A stretch of DNA of 62,454 bases, filler included, from Sphacelaria rigidula (GCA_964200075.2; 10 parts of 10 records of this genome joined end to end with filler, not necessarily neighbours in it); one strand, 5' to 3'; shown: positions 48,561-61,559, numbered from the whole stretch's first letter. The notes: generated by a model not told the origin, from the letters alone. Translations and numbers: made by a program.

Positions 48561-49686
48561 TGCCTGCTAGTAACTCTCGTGAATACCTTTTGGGTAGAGG
48601 CGTGACTAAGTGTTTTCTCCATCACACTTTCGACCCCTCCCCTTCCTGGGAACAAATCATTGGTATCAAGGGATGAACCCACTCATCTCTCCCCTGGTAC
48701 ACGGCTTGCACTTTGGTCTCGCGGATTGGATCAGCTCCTCCCCACTGCGTCGACTCACGTTAAACAATTCAGTCAACTCTTTCCATTACTGACGTACTCA
48801 CGCTTCTAAAGACGGAAATCAGAGTGGAGATTGAACCCAAACACGTCACGTTTTTACGCGATTTAGCTTCACTAGAGCCAAAAAATACGTCAAAGTTGGC
48901 TCAGTTCCCAAGGGCAAAGCCATAGCGTACTTGACTCGGAATTTAATTTCGAAAGAGTAGCCCATTCAAGTTTCGATCGAGAAAATAGAATCGTCTTTTT
49001 TGGTATTTTGAATTTTCTATCGAGGAAAGTAAAACTGATGCACGAGCCCAGGACTGCTGCTGCATGTTGTTTACTGTCTGTTGTAGCTGTGTGCTGTATG
49101 TAACATACGTAGCCGGTAACGGTAAATAATGGTTTGAAATCATTATCCAAATTTTTCACATTACCATTAGAATGATAGTGGCCAGTTATAACTGGCACCA
49201 TTTCCGAGCTCTTGTAATGCGAGTTTCCACGAGTCAAGGACACTGTACTTTTACAGGCTTTGGTGCGGGTGACGTGCATCGTCACTGACGGTACTCTAGT
49301 GTGTGCCATCTCTCAAGCACCTAGCTATTAAGCACTGCTCGAGAGCGCGGATAGAGCCCACACTTTTGAACAGATGCAAATATTAAGCCATCTACAACAA
49401 ATTTCACAAAATTACCGATCGACTCACACGTGAGCCTGCAACACCGCCCAGTTTCTGTTCCGTCTTGAGCGGCTCTCATGTGAGCCGCCCCGACGCATAT
49501 TATTTCTCTTATATCTGATATCGGGTGCTTCGAAGATCCAAACGGGGGGCGCAGAAAGGCCTCTTGGTTGACTTTGTAATGAATGCACACTCTGGACAAT
49601 GGACACAACAGTAGTCCGCTGCTTCAGCAATAGACGCGGGAGAAAGCCTATCGATATATGTTATCGAACACGACAGATGATGAAAC

Positions 49687-49945
49687 ACACCTGTTAATTG
49701 TGTTATGGGCAACGCACACAAGCCCGAGACAAATGTATTGCGTAACGACAAGCCAGAGACACCTGTATCGTGTTATGGGCAACGCACACAAGCCAGAGAC
49801 ACCTGTATCATGTTACGGGCAACGCCCACAAGCCAGTAACACCCGTATCGTGTTATGGGCAACGCCCACAAGCCAGTAACACCTGTATCGTGTTATGGGC
49901 AACGCCCACAAGCCAGTAACACCCGTATCATGTTATGGGCAACGC
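49687..49945. repeat. 40-bp minisatellite running into the gap
   Basis: ACC(C/T)GTATCGTGTTATGGGCAACGCCCACAAGCCAGTAAC, about 6 head-to-tail copies with no spacers. Confidence 0.92.
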
Positions 49946-52900
49946 NNNNNNNNNNNNNNNNNNNNNNNNNNNNNNNNNNNNNNNNNNNNTTAATTAATTA
50001 ANNNNNNNNNNNNNNNNNNNNNNNNNNNNNNNNNNNNNNNNNNNNGGGCGGGGGGGGGGGGTGTGCCTTCTCCTTTGTTGCTTGCCTTAGCCATTTGACC
50101 ATTGACCACGCATCCCTTTCGAGACGGAGCACGCGGGAGGGGGGGGGTTCCTTGGAGGTAATTCCATCGTATTGCGATGTCTGTGGGATAGGTGTGGGGT
50201 TTTCAACACGAATTCTCAGAATCATTCTCGAAATAATCCTCGTGAGAACTAAAAAAAAAGCCAAAACGGGGTATGTTCTGACCTGATTAGGTATTAAAAA
50301 TGTTTTTTTTTCTTCTCCTTTCTTCATGAGCTTCGTATGCGCTCTATCTTTCCATAGAACCCAACCGCAAGGTCATCGTCAACATTGTTGCACCCCCCCC
50401 CAAAAAAAAACGCCCATAACCGACCAGACATATGGAAGAGAGGAAGTATATACAAGTATCCAAATTTCGCGCTTGCTGCACATGCACACATACCTAAATG
50501 CTCTTCGCTGTGGCAAGCACATTGCACTCAACAACACATTTTCGTGTAGTACACAGCCATCAGTGAGTATTGCAGTTTGATTATTTTTAGAAAAACTGCT
50601 TGAGATTTTTTCCTTCGCACGTGTACGACCAGTACGACGAAAATGGCATAGGGGGAAGGGGGGGGGGGGAGGATGTCATACCGAGCACACCAGGTGGCAT
50701 ATTGTGTGCACCTTGAGGTGACAAAAACCCTCGTCAGAGGACAGCATCTTGGAGAGGTACACGCCAACGTCAAGATACAATCAAGGCACCTGATGGTAAG
50801 AGGTGCGATCCGTAGTGACGATAGCATGCCAAACACTACCGAGAGTATCCGGAAATGGGCAGTTCAATCAACTGTCACGTGATGCCTGAACTTCAGGAAA
50901 AACGACAAAAAAGTCGTTGCACGGGCACTAGTGGAGTATGATTCGGGTGACGTAGGAACCGTGTCCGAAAATACCTTCTGTTCCACGTAAGATGATCCTT
51001 CCGCATAACAATTGATTCCACGACACATGGGAATTTCCCAGGCCTTGTCATAAAACAGAATTGTCTCATGGCATGACGTTTTCAAAAGACGAAAATTTGG
51101 ATGACCCGGGAATGACCATCCAGTGTCACTCGAGTTTCGAAACATTATTCACACCGAATTCATTTTTTTTTTCTTCAAATGTTTTCCGTGTTTTTTACAG
51201 CGCCACATTCCCCCGAAACAAGCTGGTTTAAAAAATACGGTTCTGTCAGGGCTTTCTTCATGCCAAGGGTAGCCAGTACGCTAATTTTCGAGCATGATCG
51301 CAGGTGATCTCCAAACGCTGTGACCACTTTTTCTCTTGGTGAAAATCGGGGGTTCTGCATTTATTTTCGGAATATGGTGCAGACATTTTCCCAACCTAGT
51401 GGGCACGTGCAAGCGCTGTCGGTACGAAAGTGAGAGACTAGGACTTTCTTCTACATCAGTGGAGCCACAACTCGCTGCACAACTCAGAGAATCGCCAAGC
51501 ACCGCAGCAACGGGCTCGACCAGGCTCCAGCTTCCCAAAACTTGCCGTGCGCCATTCCTGGTTATGTCGTTAGCAAATCACATGCTTCCCGTTGTCCTGA
51601 TCCTTCTAATCTTGACGACACTGCATTTGTTTCGCGCATTCTCTGGAACTTTTTTTTTGTCACTGGGAGCGCCTTTCGTTTCAGACTGACCGCGTGAATC
51701 GTGCACCTCGCGTTCCACAGTGTTCTTCATTTCACGAAGGAAAAAACACGTACATGCTTCTATACACCTACGGGCGCTGGATTTCTACGGTGGGAACAAG
51801 GCGGAAATCCTGTGCGGGAACTCAACGGCACATATCATGTTTTTGTCGATACTGACGGGAACCACCGGCGCGCTCGATAGCTCGAATAAAGCACCTTGCT
51901 TTGTGCACAACACAAACCGAACCACAAGCACATTTAGAATGAACAATTATTGGCGGAGTAACGGAGGATTTGACATTCACAGTCCCGGAATTTGGACTAG
52001 ATATCTAATCGTTGAGGGCGCAATGTTTCTTCGAATAAATCCAAGAGTCCAAAAGTGTCGTTTTTTTCGGGTAGATCACAAACCGAACGCATCGGTGAAG
52101 GCGCACCGACCAAGCTCCAAGGGGACGGTCTGTTTTGAACATGACCCTGGCAGTCAGTCAGTAAAGACTGAAGAGTAAACAGGATGTACGGTATAAACGG
52201 CGAGCAGTCGCGGTGATCTTATTCTCATCATTCGTATCGCGTCCCGTTACTTTTTCTTCTCTCTCCCTTTTCCGATCTCGACCATGTTCCTCCCGAAAAA
52301 TTCAAAATGAGCCGATGGGAATAGCACACGCGCATGGTGCTCAGCGGCGCACTACAGATCACGTTGCCGTTCCTCCGCACATGCATCCACGCAAACAGGA
52401 CACGCATAAGAGAACAGCCCAGCCGCTTTCACGAGCACCATACTCCACCGCCTTCTGTACTGCGGTGCTGCAGCATTCACAGCATACAGGAGCATGTACG
52501 ACAGAGCATTCGTCGAGCTGACGCCTTGTACCGTAACACCTTACAAACGAGATCGTACCGCTGGGAAAACAGTGGCGTGAAAAACCGATGCAGTATATGG
52601 CGGCCGCGAACGGACTCGTACACATGCACTTCCTGCCTGAGATACCGTCATGCGCAATTTCCCAAAACGGGATGCAGGACCGAGTACACCATAGCCGAGA
52701 TAATCTCTCCACCACTAGACTGTGACGCCCCAGCGTTTCCATTAATTAAAAACGTGCTGTTGGTGTTGGTAAACACAAGAGCAAAAAGGTACGATTTCCA
52801 GCTGTTGTCATGACTTGTCAGGAGAAAATGGTTACTCGTTCTATGCGGGGAGGGGGGAGAGGGAGTTCAGAGAAATTGTTTGGTTTCTGCACATTTGTTC

Positions 52901-53745
52901 GGCGCCTCATTGTACTTGGATTGATCCGTATTTATTTCTTGATTCTAGTGTGGTCACGGTTACTCAAAATTGCAAACACATAGAAGTTTGCGCAAGGAAC
53001 TCTCGCCGAGAGGAAGGTGAAATCGTGCGCGGTTTGCCGCGTTGCGTTCGGTGACTCGTGAACTAAAGTTCGGGACAGCACGTTCATTCACGCAGGCAGG
53101 CATGCGCTCTTCGTGTTCGATAAACTGACGAAAGTATGGGAATTCCGAACGTTTTGATGTCGTGCATCCACACCACGAGCTGAACGGAATTTTCCTTGTA
53201 TCAGAAACTCCCCTCACACCTCTGCGGAGGCAGGTGTGCCTGGAGCTTCTCAGGACCTACCTTGTCTGGTCTTTGCCAAAAAGCTCACACAACGATTCCA
53301 TACCGAGCGTAAGATAATAGCCACAAATAGTTACGCCGCCTCGGCCCTCGTAACTCGAGATACCAGCTGGCGTCATTGGCACGTGATAAAGGTGAGAATG
53401 GGATCATCGCGACTGCTAGCATGATTGATTGGTTGGTTGGTTGACTGATTGTCGCACATGAACTGATTCAATAGGAACCAGCCATGGTCATTATCCACAA
53501 CATAGACGTACCCATGTCACATAAACGGAAGCAATCGCTAAACATAACTCCAGAAGGGGTACAAGAATCATTCGTACAGCAGGGTAAAGTAGAGAGCAGT
53601 AGGGTACAGTACAATACAACTTTATCGCATGTTTTGCACTGTCTGAACGCGTTCCCGTCACACTCCAAGTTTTTGAATGAAGTTGCCTGACAAAAAAAGG
53701 GGATGGGGGGGGGGGGGGGGGGGAAAAAAAAAAAAAGGGGAAAAA

Positions 53746-55062
53746 CACCACCTTTTTCACCCCACACGCAGGTGCAGGCAACCGCGAAAGTTGGAGCTGT
53801 CCGTGCTAGGCCCGGAGCACTCAAAAATCAATCCCGACACAAAGGCGAGGCACCCACAGCCCATGCAGAGCATGTACACCAACTTTCGCGAAAACAGAGC
53901 TCGATTCAGGGCAGAACGTCACATAGGGAAGCAAGCGCCTCGCAGGGTACCCTACTTTGTCCATAAGGGTAAGTGTACCCAGCAAAAACTACCAAGTTTA
54001 GCTTGTACCTCATTGTGGCTTACGCTGTTTCGTATTACGTCCGGAGTGTACCTCTATTCGACCAATATCGACCTTCCACAGCCGCCGCCCAATCCACCGT
54101 ACGGCACAAGGTCGAATGTTCGACAAACGTTTCCACCCCTCATTTATATTCATGTTTCTACGGCCTGAAGACTCGAGGGCCCACGCTTTTTGTACCTCTC
54201 TTTATGGCCTGGAGAATCGAGGAGCGATGTCCCGAAAGCTCCCCAAGAAAAATGGCTGGTTCGAGGACGCAAATCTTCATGTGACTCGAAATGACAGAAG
54301 CCAAGCACACGGCGAAGCTGGGAACTCCCACGCTTCGCATCGTTTCGGCAATGCCACCCATATGAGGCGCTTTGTACAGTTTGACACCAGCTATCATGCG
54401 CTGCTGTATGGCTACTTTTTTCGTGACAGCCTCACGGCTGGTTTGGGTCGGGGACTATCGCGGCAACACCCCGAGAACCCTACGGAGTGATTGACAAACC
54501 GCCCGACCGATGGCAAACGATACAGCGACATGCAAAAATGTTGTGCGGTTTGCGTTATGATCCGTATTTCGCAGCTTGTTGCGCCGTTTGCCTCCGGTGG
54601 TGCGGTGTATCGATCACTCCGCAGGGGTCTTGAGTCTCCAGACCGTAGAAACGAATAAAAATAAGGGGTGGAAGCGTTCGTCGAACATTCGACTTTGTGC
54701 CGTACGGTGGGATGGACGGCGGCTGTGGAAGGCCGGTATTGGTCGAATAGAGATACACTTTGGATATAATATGAAACAGAGTAAGACACAATGAGGTACA
54801 AGCCAAACTTAGTAGTTTTTGCTGGGTGCACCTACCCTCATCGTCGGACAAAATAGGGTACCCTGCGAGGCCCTTGTTTCCCTATGTGCTATTCGGCCCG
54901 AGATCGAGCTCTGCTTTCGCGAAAGTTGGCGTACATGCTCTGCATGGGCTGTGGGCGCCTTGCCTTTGCGTCGGGATTGATTCTCGAGTGGTTCGGGCCC
55001 AGCACGGACAGCTCCAACTTGCGCGATTACCTGCACCTACGTTTGGGCTGAAATAGGTGGTG
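53746..55062. mobile_element. 1.3-kb foldback element with about 440-bp TIRs
   Basis: 53746-54182 (CACCACCTTTTTCACCCCACACGCAGGTGCAGG...) is an imperfect reverse complement of 54623-55062 (...CCTGCACCTACGTTTGGGCTGAAATAGGTGGTG). The spacer is non-coding; TSD not clear. Confidence 0.85.
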
Positions 55063-55559
55063 ATGAGCCCACTCCTGTCTTTTTTCCAAATGTCCCACCT
55101 CGCCCGTACCCTGATGAATGGGGTGACAGGAAGGATCTATATGGTGCGCGAAGCTAGGTTTTTGAATCAGGCCTCTGCCAATGTTCACGTCCAAACAACG
55201 TGATAACCCTGGGGAAAAGCCGAGTGTAGGATGACCGTTTCCATACTTTCGTTGTTATTTTATCCTTCCAACTCTCATAATTCCTCATGGCCGTACGTAG
55301 GTGCCCTATGATTGGTAGATCCTCATCAGCCACCATTCAAAGCCACCGGTTACAGGATGTAAATCGCAAGTGGCTTTTTTCCCAATGATTTCTCGGGTCC
55401 TGTTCTGCGCGCCCCAGGTAGTGGCATTGGGTATATATTATTTCCAAGCATGATATATGAAAGGGGTGATCCGGAGGTACACCACCACTTGAAGGAGATG
55501 CGTGACAGTCGTCACCATTCGTCAACCCTCAGACTGCACCCCCTCCCCCCCCTTCGCCC

Positions 55560-55680
55560 CGGATCGCCCATGGCACATTGTAGGGCCAGAACATTTGTTA
55601 TCCATTAGACAAAACGCATATTTCATGAACAGGTGGACAAAAGATGCTCTGATCAAATATGGTGCAACAGGTGATGAAAT
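55560..55680 (+). pseudogene. Possible Mutator/FAR1-type transposase remnant
   Basis: PWHIV...AYFMNRWTKDA resembles the post-SWIM YILKRWTKDA motif. Single short motif only. Confidence 0.25.
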
Positions 55681-56359
55681 TCGGAGCGCGGGCAACAAGG
55701 AGGTAGAGAGCGCAAGCAGGCAACGGCTATCTCCTACGACACAGAGCACCCGGCAGCGCGAGTAAGTCCAAAGCTACTTTCGGACAAGCAAGGTTGAGAC
55801 GCTGTACTCGCTATGATGAAGAGCACGAAGCAGTGGCGGCCGCGGCTGCAAGTTGGTGTATCGAAAAAGCGTCTTGAAGTAGTGTGGCGTGTGACCTTTT
55901 GAACAAGGAGTGATTTCATATTTTCTTGAGTTTTGAATCTATTTGACCGCGGGTATCACGAGTACACCAGAACGCTTCAGCCCTTTCTAGTGCATCAGAG
56001 ACGCAGAGGACACGATTCTCGGTGTACTCTGATAGCAATGTTTTCTTCGCTTCGAACCACGTGTTTGGCAAATTCGTGCGCGCAAAACAAATGGTGCTTT
56101 CCGCACAACCGCTCGCCCAATTTTCACACCGCAAGGTGATTATTAGGTTGCAACTGCAAAAAAAAAAAAAATCAACCACCGGCGCGGCCCACCAAAACAC
56201 NNNNNNNNNNNNNNNNNNNNNNNNNNNNNNNNNNNNNNNNNNNNTTAATTAATTAANNNNNNNNNNNNNNNNNNNNNNNNNNNNNNNNNNNNNNNNNNNN
56301 TGACCAGTAAGCCACTGAAACCACAAGCGGATCAATACACTGATAGACGCAGGGACCTT

Positions 56360-57607
56360 TTGATGCGTGTAATGCTGCCTACTTCTGCGACGTATACGGA
56401 GATGACAAGTTGGAGGGAGAACCAAATCTCAGTACCTGGAGTAACAGGAAATTTCATGCGCGTACCGTTTGGAGACGTAACCGCTCTAGAGTGGCTCAGG
56501 AAGCTAGTAGCAGAAGAAGCGAGGATGGGTGTAAGCCGTGCACAGACTGCACTGCACAACATGAAATTACTCAATGAGAGTTATGTAGCAGCAGCTCATC
56601 GGTTGATACTGCTGACTATGGCGGCCACGGTTTCTTCAGCTTCTCCAGACCTCGCAGAGGAAGAATACTTCTGGAGGACAGCCTCGGAAGTATTGGTCCT
56701 ATAGATGTGCAGTACTTTCCATAAGTTGGTAATCCCCGACCAAACTGCACAGATCGTATCACATACGTTACTACAAACACCGAACAAAGCCTTAGAAGAC
56801 GACGTCCGATCCTTACCAGTTCACCATGGAGACCCGTGCAGCCCCGACATGAAGGAGCGAGGGCGCCGCACGAATCATATATATAGTGAATTCGTATCGG
56901 CCATTCAACTTCACTGTGAATGTTCTAGAACATCTACCGAGGCGATGAACAGCACTGCTGCCGCATTAACACGCCCCGTGTCCAAGCCCATCTACGCGGG
57001 GCTGGTAGAAGTTAAGAAACGACTCATGCAGGAAGCAGAGGAGGGGAACCAAGAGCAAGACTTTGACTCTGTTGCTGCCTTCAGCAACCAAAAGGCGTCA
57101 ACACCAAAAGGCGGCACGCCTTTCGGGACATCTTCATCTACTCGTGGAGGACAGAAGCGCCCGAGGGAAGAATCAGCTAAGCCCACCAAGCGTCCAAAGT
57201 TTGACACGCGAGGAGAGGCACCGGCGACAGGGTTCCTCCCTGCCCGCAATGCGCCCAAGGGGGAGCGCGACGTCGCCATCCGTTTGCTAGGGGTGTGTTT
57301 CAACCACGCATATGGACGAGACTGCTACAGCAAGGACTCAGAAGGCGGCTGCAATTACTCCCACGATCAAGATCGAATTCCCTTCGGTCATTACAAGCAA
57401 CCGGAGCAGAAACAAGCAAAGCCCAAGACGAAGAGGGACAGGCTAATGAGCCTACAGCTAGGGGAGTTGTTCGGGTTGATTGACGGCCAGTACGAAGATC
57501 GGGGGTTCAACCACGGACTGGACAAAACGGAAAACGACGTTGAGGAGGAGGGGGTCGAGACGGTTGATGCATTGAGCAACCGTTTCGACGCCACAAGCGA
57601 GGAATGA
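56360..57607 (+). pseudogene. Gag-like ORF with a CCCH zinc finger
   Basis: Two same-frame ORFs (56360-56704, 56705-57607) directly upstream of the protease; CFNHAYGRDCYSKDSEGGCNYSH at 57296-57364. Confidence 0.7.
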
Positions 57608-60429
57608 GGGTACGCCCTGGGGCCGCAGTCCCCGGGGGACAGCGTGTACGTAGATAGTTTATCAGCAGTAAAGGGTGGCGATGCACAGCAACTGTGGGTG
57701 CAAGCTAGAGTTTGGCACCACAGCAAAAGTAGCCACGGTTTACCAGTAACGGTGTTACTGGACACCGGGGCGGGGGGGGGTAGCTATGCATCGAAGCAGT
57801 GGTGGAAATCGTTGGTGACATGGGGTAATATCACAGGCAAGCTGCAGCGACAGGGAGCAGGATTTTTGAGGGCAGCAAACCCTAGTGACAGCCGGACGCC
57901 ACCGATGAAGATTCTAGGGTCAACGGTAATCCCGATTCGGTTCCACCCAAAGGATAGAATAAGGAAAGTATGGGTCAGGGTGGTTGATGGATTGCCGTAC
58001 GGATTCATTTTGGGAGCAAGTTTCTTTAGAAGGAACAAGAGTACGCTGTCTTTTGAAGGCCGATCAGGATTTCGACCTTCGCCGGAGGCTCCGTGGGTAC
58101 GATTTGTATCTAATGATTCACCAAAACTCGGAGCCGTTGACAGCGATGACCTCACAGACCAAGGAGATTTGGCAAGGTGGAATCTCTTCTGTGCTGTCAA
58201 GCCAAAAGCGCTCAGTGACGACCCGACGGGGATGTTGTCGGAAGAGAGCGATCTGGCAGCATGGGATGAGGTGTGGAAGAGCCTTGGAGCGGCGTGGGAG
58301 GACGACGCTACACTTCAGTGGCTTCTGCGGCTGACGGAGGACGCAAGGTTAGAAGGCTTCGTTAGCGAGCTAGGTCCTCAACCGCAGGAACGTCAACTCG
58401 TGTTGATCGAACCGCGAAAGTTGTTCGATTTAGATGAGGAAGCCGAGATAGGGGTAGCCAGGGGAGTGCAGTGGTGGGACCCACAATTACCGCTAGTATG
58501 TAAGGTAGTCAACACGGCCAAGAGTGCTCGCCTAGTGAAGAAAGGTTTGATAGTGGCGAAGGTTGTGGCCGTGAATGTTCGAGATCGCGAGCGGCTGCAA
58601 AATCTTTATGTGGCCGATACGGGTACCACGCTGAAGTCGAGGCTGGAGGATCAAGGGACTACGCCAGCTCCTCACCAATCGCCGCCGGAACCAACGAAAG
58701 TGGAGAAGGACGCAGCCGGAGCCACAGGAGTAGACCTCACGGAGGCGAACATGGGCCAGTTGGGTCTGGTGCAGAAGACCCAGCTGTTAGCTGTGTTGAG
58801 AGACTTCAACGAAGCAGGTTTGTTCGCGGTGGACCCCAAGCGGGTGAAAGCAGCGCGTGGGGAGCCAATGCATTTACGACTGAAAGATCCCAGGTGCCGG
58901 CCATTCACTGCCGGTACTAGACGATACTCGCCGGAACAAGAAACTGCTATACAAGACGAGGTCCAGAAACTCGCGGAGCGGGGGATCATTGAGCCGTCAA
59001 CGTCCGCATGGGCAGCTGCTTGCATCACGGTGCGGAAGAAGGACGGTAGTTTACGGTTGTGTCAGGACTATCATGGACTAAACGAACTTCTCGAGTCATA
59101 TAGTGGTGGTTTGGGGAACATGCAGACCATGTATAGTGGCTTAGCGGGATCTAAGTACTTTACGAGTGTGGATTTAGCAAGTGGGTTCTTCCAGTTGGAA
59201 GTGGCGAAAGAAGACCGACACCTTACCGTCTTTCGCGACGCAAGGGGACACTTATGGCAGTATCAACGCTGTGGATTCGGACTTAAGGTACTACCCGCTA
59301 CATTCCACCGAACGGTATCTGAAGCGTTGTTGCCGCGCGGGGTGTCAAGAACTGGTTGGATGATATCTTGTGGCCTGGTGTGACTTTCGCCAGCCACATA
59401 ACGGGGTTAAGAGTTTTGCTCTATTGCTTGCTGAAGGCTGGCCTCATTGTGAATTTCCAGAAATCACAATGGTGCACTTAGCAACAGGACTTCGTAGGGA
59501 TGACGATCGACGCGTCGGGAATACGACCTTCCCAGTCTAAGATTAAAGCCATCGCCCAATTGAGGGAGCCGCAGAGGGTAGAAGAGCTAAGGTCGTTCCC
59601 AGGTATGACTGGATATCTGCGGAGGTACATAAAGGGGTACAGTAACACGGCAGCACCGCCCACGGACTTGCTGCGTGACCCGAGGTTCGCTTCCAAGCGA
59701 GCACGGAGGATGAAGATTCCGTGGGGAGAACAGGAGCAACAAGCATTCCTAGACTTGAAGAGCGCTTTGATGTCATATCCGATCTTGGCGTACCCGGATT
59801 GGAATGAACGGTTCGTGCTACATTCAGACACTTCAGAGTTCGCAGCAGGGGCCGCCCTGTCTCAAGAGACGGATGAGAGGGAATGGGTCATCGAATACGC
59901 TAGTCATAGATGGTCGCGAGCAGATGAAGAAAGATCAGCATCAGAGAGAGAAGTAGTTGCTGTTTTGTGGTCCGTGGAACGATTAAAATCGTACCTTTGG
60001 GGACTAGAGTTTACGCTGGTTACGGATTGCAGTGCGTTGACATGGCTGTTTCGTAGTCAGAACTTGTCGCCTAAGTTCCACCGGTGGGCGCTAAGATTGA
60101 TGGAGTATGATATGGTCCTCAAGTGGAGAGCTGGACGCGAACACCAGTTGCCGGATGCCCTATCTCGGCTGTAAGGGAGCCAACCTCGGGGAAGTGACAT
60201 TGACGTGTCATTCCCTGACGATGATACCGAAGCTGGACCCGGCGGAGGAGGAGGACCGCAAGGACCCAAACTGGACGGAATGTTGTTAAAGGAGTTGGAG
60301 GCTGAGTATCCGAAAGAATCCGCGGATGTGATGGCATTGGCGTTTAAGGAGGTCAGCGCGTTGTATCCACCGGAAACGAGAAACGGGGTTGACCCAGAGA
60401 ACACTGTGGCAGGACCGGTCAAGCAACGA

Positions 60430-61303
60430 CCCCCTGCTTTGATTGTACATTGTGGAGGCGGGGGAAGCATTCTTGCCGCAGAGAAGTTCTTGAAGGTGGT
60501 GGAAGCTACTGATACAAATTGGAAGGCGCTTGATTGTGTCAGAATGAACCAAATTGGGAAGGGAGTGAAGCTGGTACGTACGACTCCAGGGCACCCTTCT
60601 TTCCACAATTTGGTGAAAGAGGTGCAACCAGGAGTGCTGGTAGGAGATACGACTAGGGTTACTTCCCTAGTTGGAATCAGGAGATGGTGTCCGAGAATTG
60701 GTCGTGTCGTTCCTCTCCTCAGTCCCGACGACAACACTGATCTTGGAAAGTGCGGGTGTGATGGTACACTCTCCGGGTTGGACGGAGAGCGTAGCCCCGT
60801 TGCTGCACAGAGCCGGTTGCTACATTGAGCAGGCTTCTATCTCAGCCGTGCAGGTGGGTGCCCCGTACAGGAAGCGACGGACCTATGTGGTCGCTTTGAA
60901 GGCTGGTCGGCAGGTGGAAGAATCACTACGAGCGTGGAGGCAGCGAGTGGAAGTGTATGCTATTACCTGCCCCCCGTTGGGCCAGCTCTTGAAGCGGACT
61001 GGCACCTATTTCTTGGAGCCTACGGGGCAAGGCAAGGCTATTCACAGTTTCGATGATCCGATGCCCAGGTTAACTCGTTCTCGGCTGATGAAAGGGAAAC
61101 CTCGGCGCGAGGACTTTATACCCCACAAGGCGGACGCGGGGGTATGGGAGGAAGCAGTAGAGTTAGAAAGAGCCGACTTCGTCAGAGTCGCGACCACCAT
61201 CGACCAATACGAGACTCCACCAACGGTAAACCCCGATGCTATGCTAGATCTTGTGGCTAATTTCGTTCATCCGTGGGTGTTAGGGGCAGTCTTATCAAGC
61301 TTG
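60430..61303 (+). pseudogene. DNA (cytosine-5)-methyltransferase-like domain inside pol
   Basis: Motifs in canonical order: I VHCGGGGS; II EATDTNWKA..CVRMN; IV-like PGVLVGDTT; VI-like LILESAG; VII LLHRAGC; VIII ISAVQVGAPYRKRRTYVVA; IX ELERADFVRV..IDQY; X LVANFVHPWVLGAVL. One +1 frameshift at about 60670-60695. Confidence 0.72.
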
Positions 61304-61559
61304 GAAGCGGAAGGTTTGTTAAGCTTGACTCGGATCAAGAGTGAGGACGAAGGTTCAAGTACACTAGCGGCGATATGGCCGCATGAAGATGAGTTGCCAG
61401 AGACGTGGGGAGCCGCAGTAACTCGCTCTTCGGTCCCCGAAGCGGAACATAAGTTGGACCAGGACTCTGGTGGGGGGGAGGCTTCGGTTGGGGAACCAGT
61501 ACCAGGTAAAGGTAACCCCAGAACCGTTCTCAAACAAACGCGGGCGATCCTGATGGACA

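Noticed and set aside
49687..49945. CRISPR array
   Set aside because: Head-to-tail 40-bp units with no unique spacers, no cas genes, eukaryotic context.
52530..52640. Candidate minus-strand exon EVHVYESVRGRHILHRFFTPLFSQRYDLVCKVL
   Set aside because: Plausible splice sites, but no recognisable family or partner exons.
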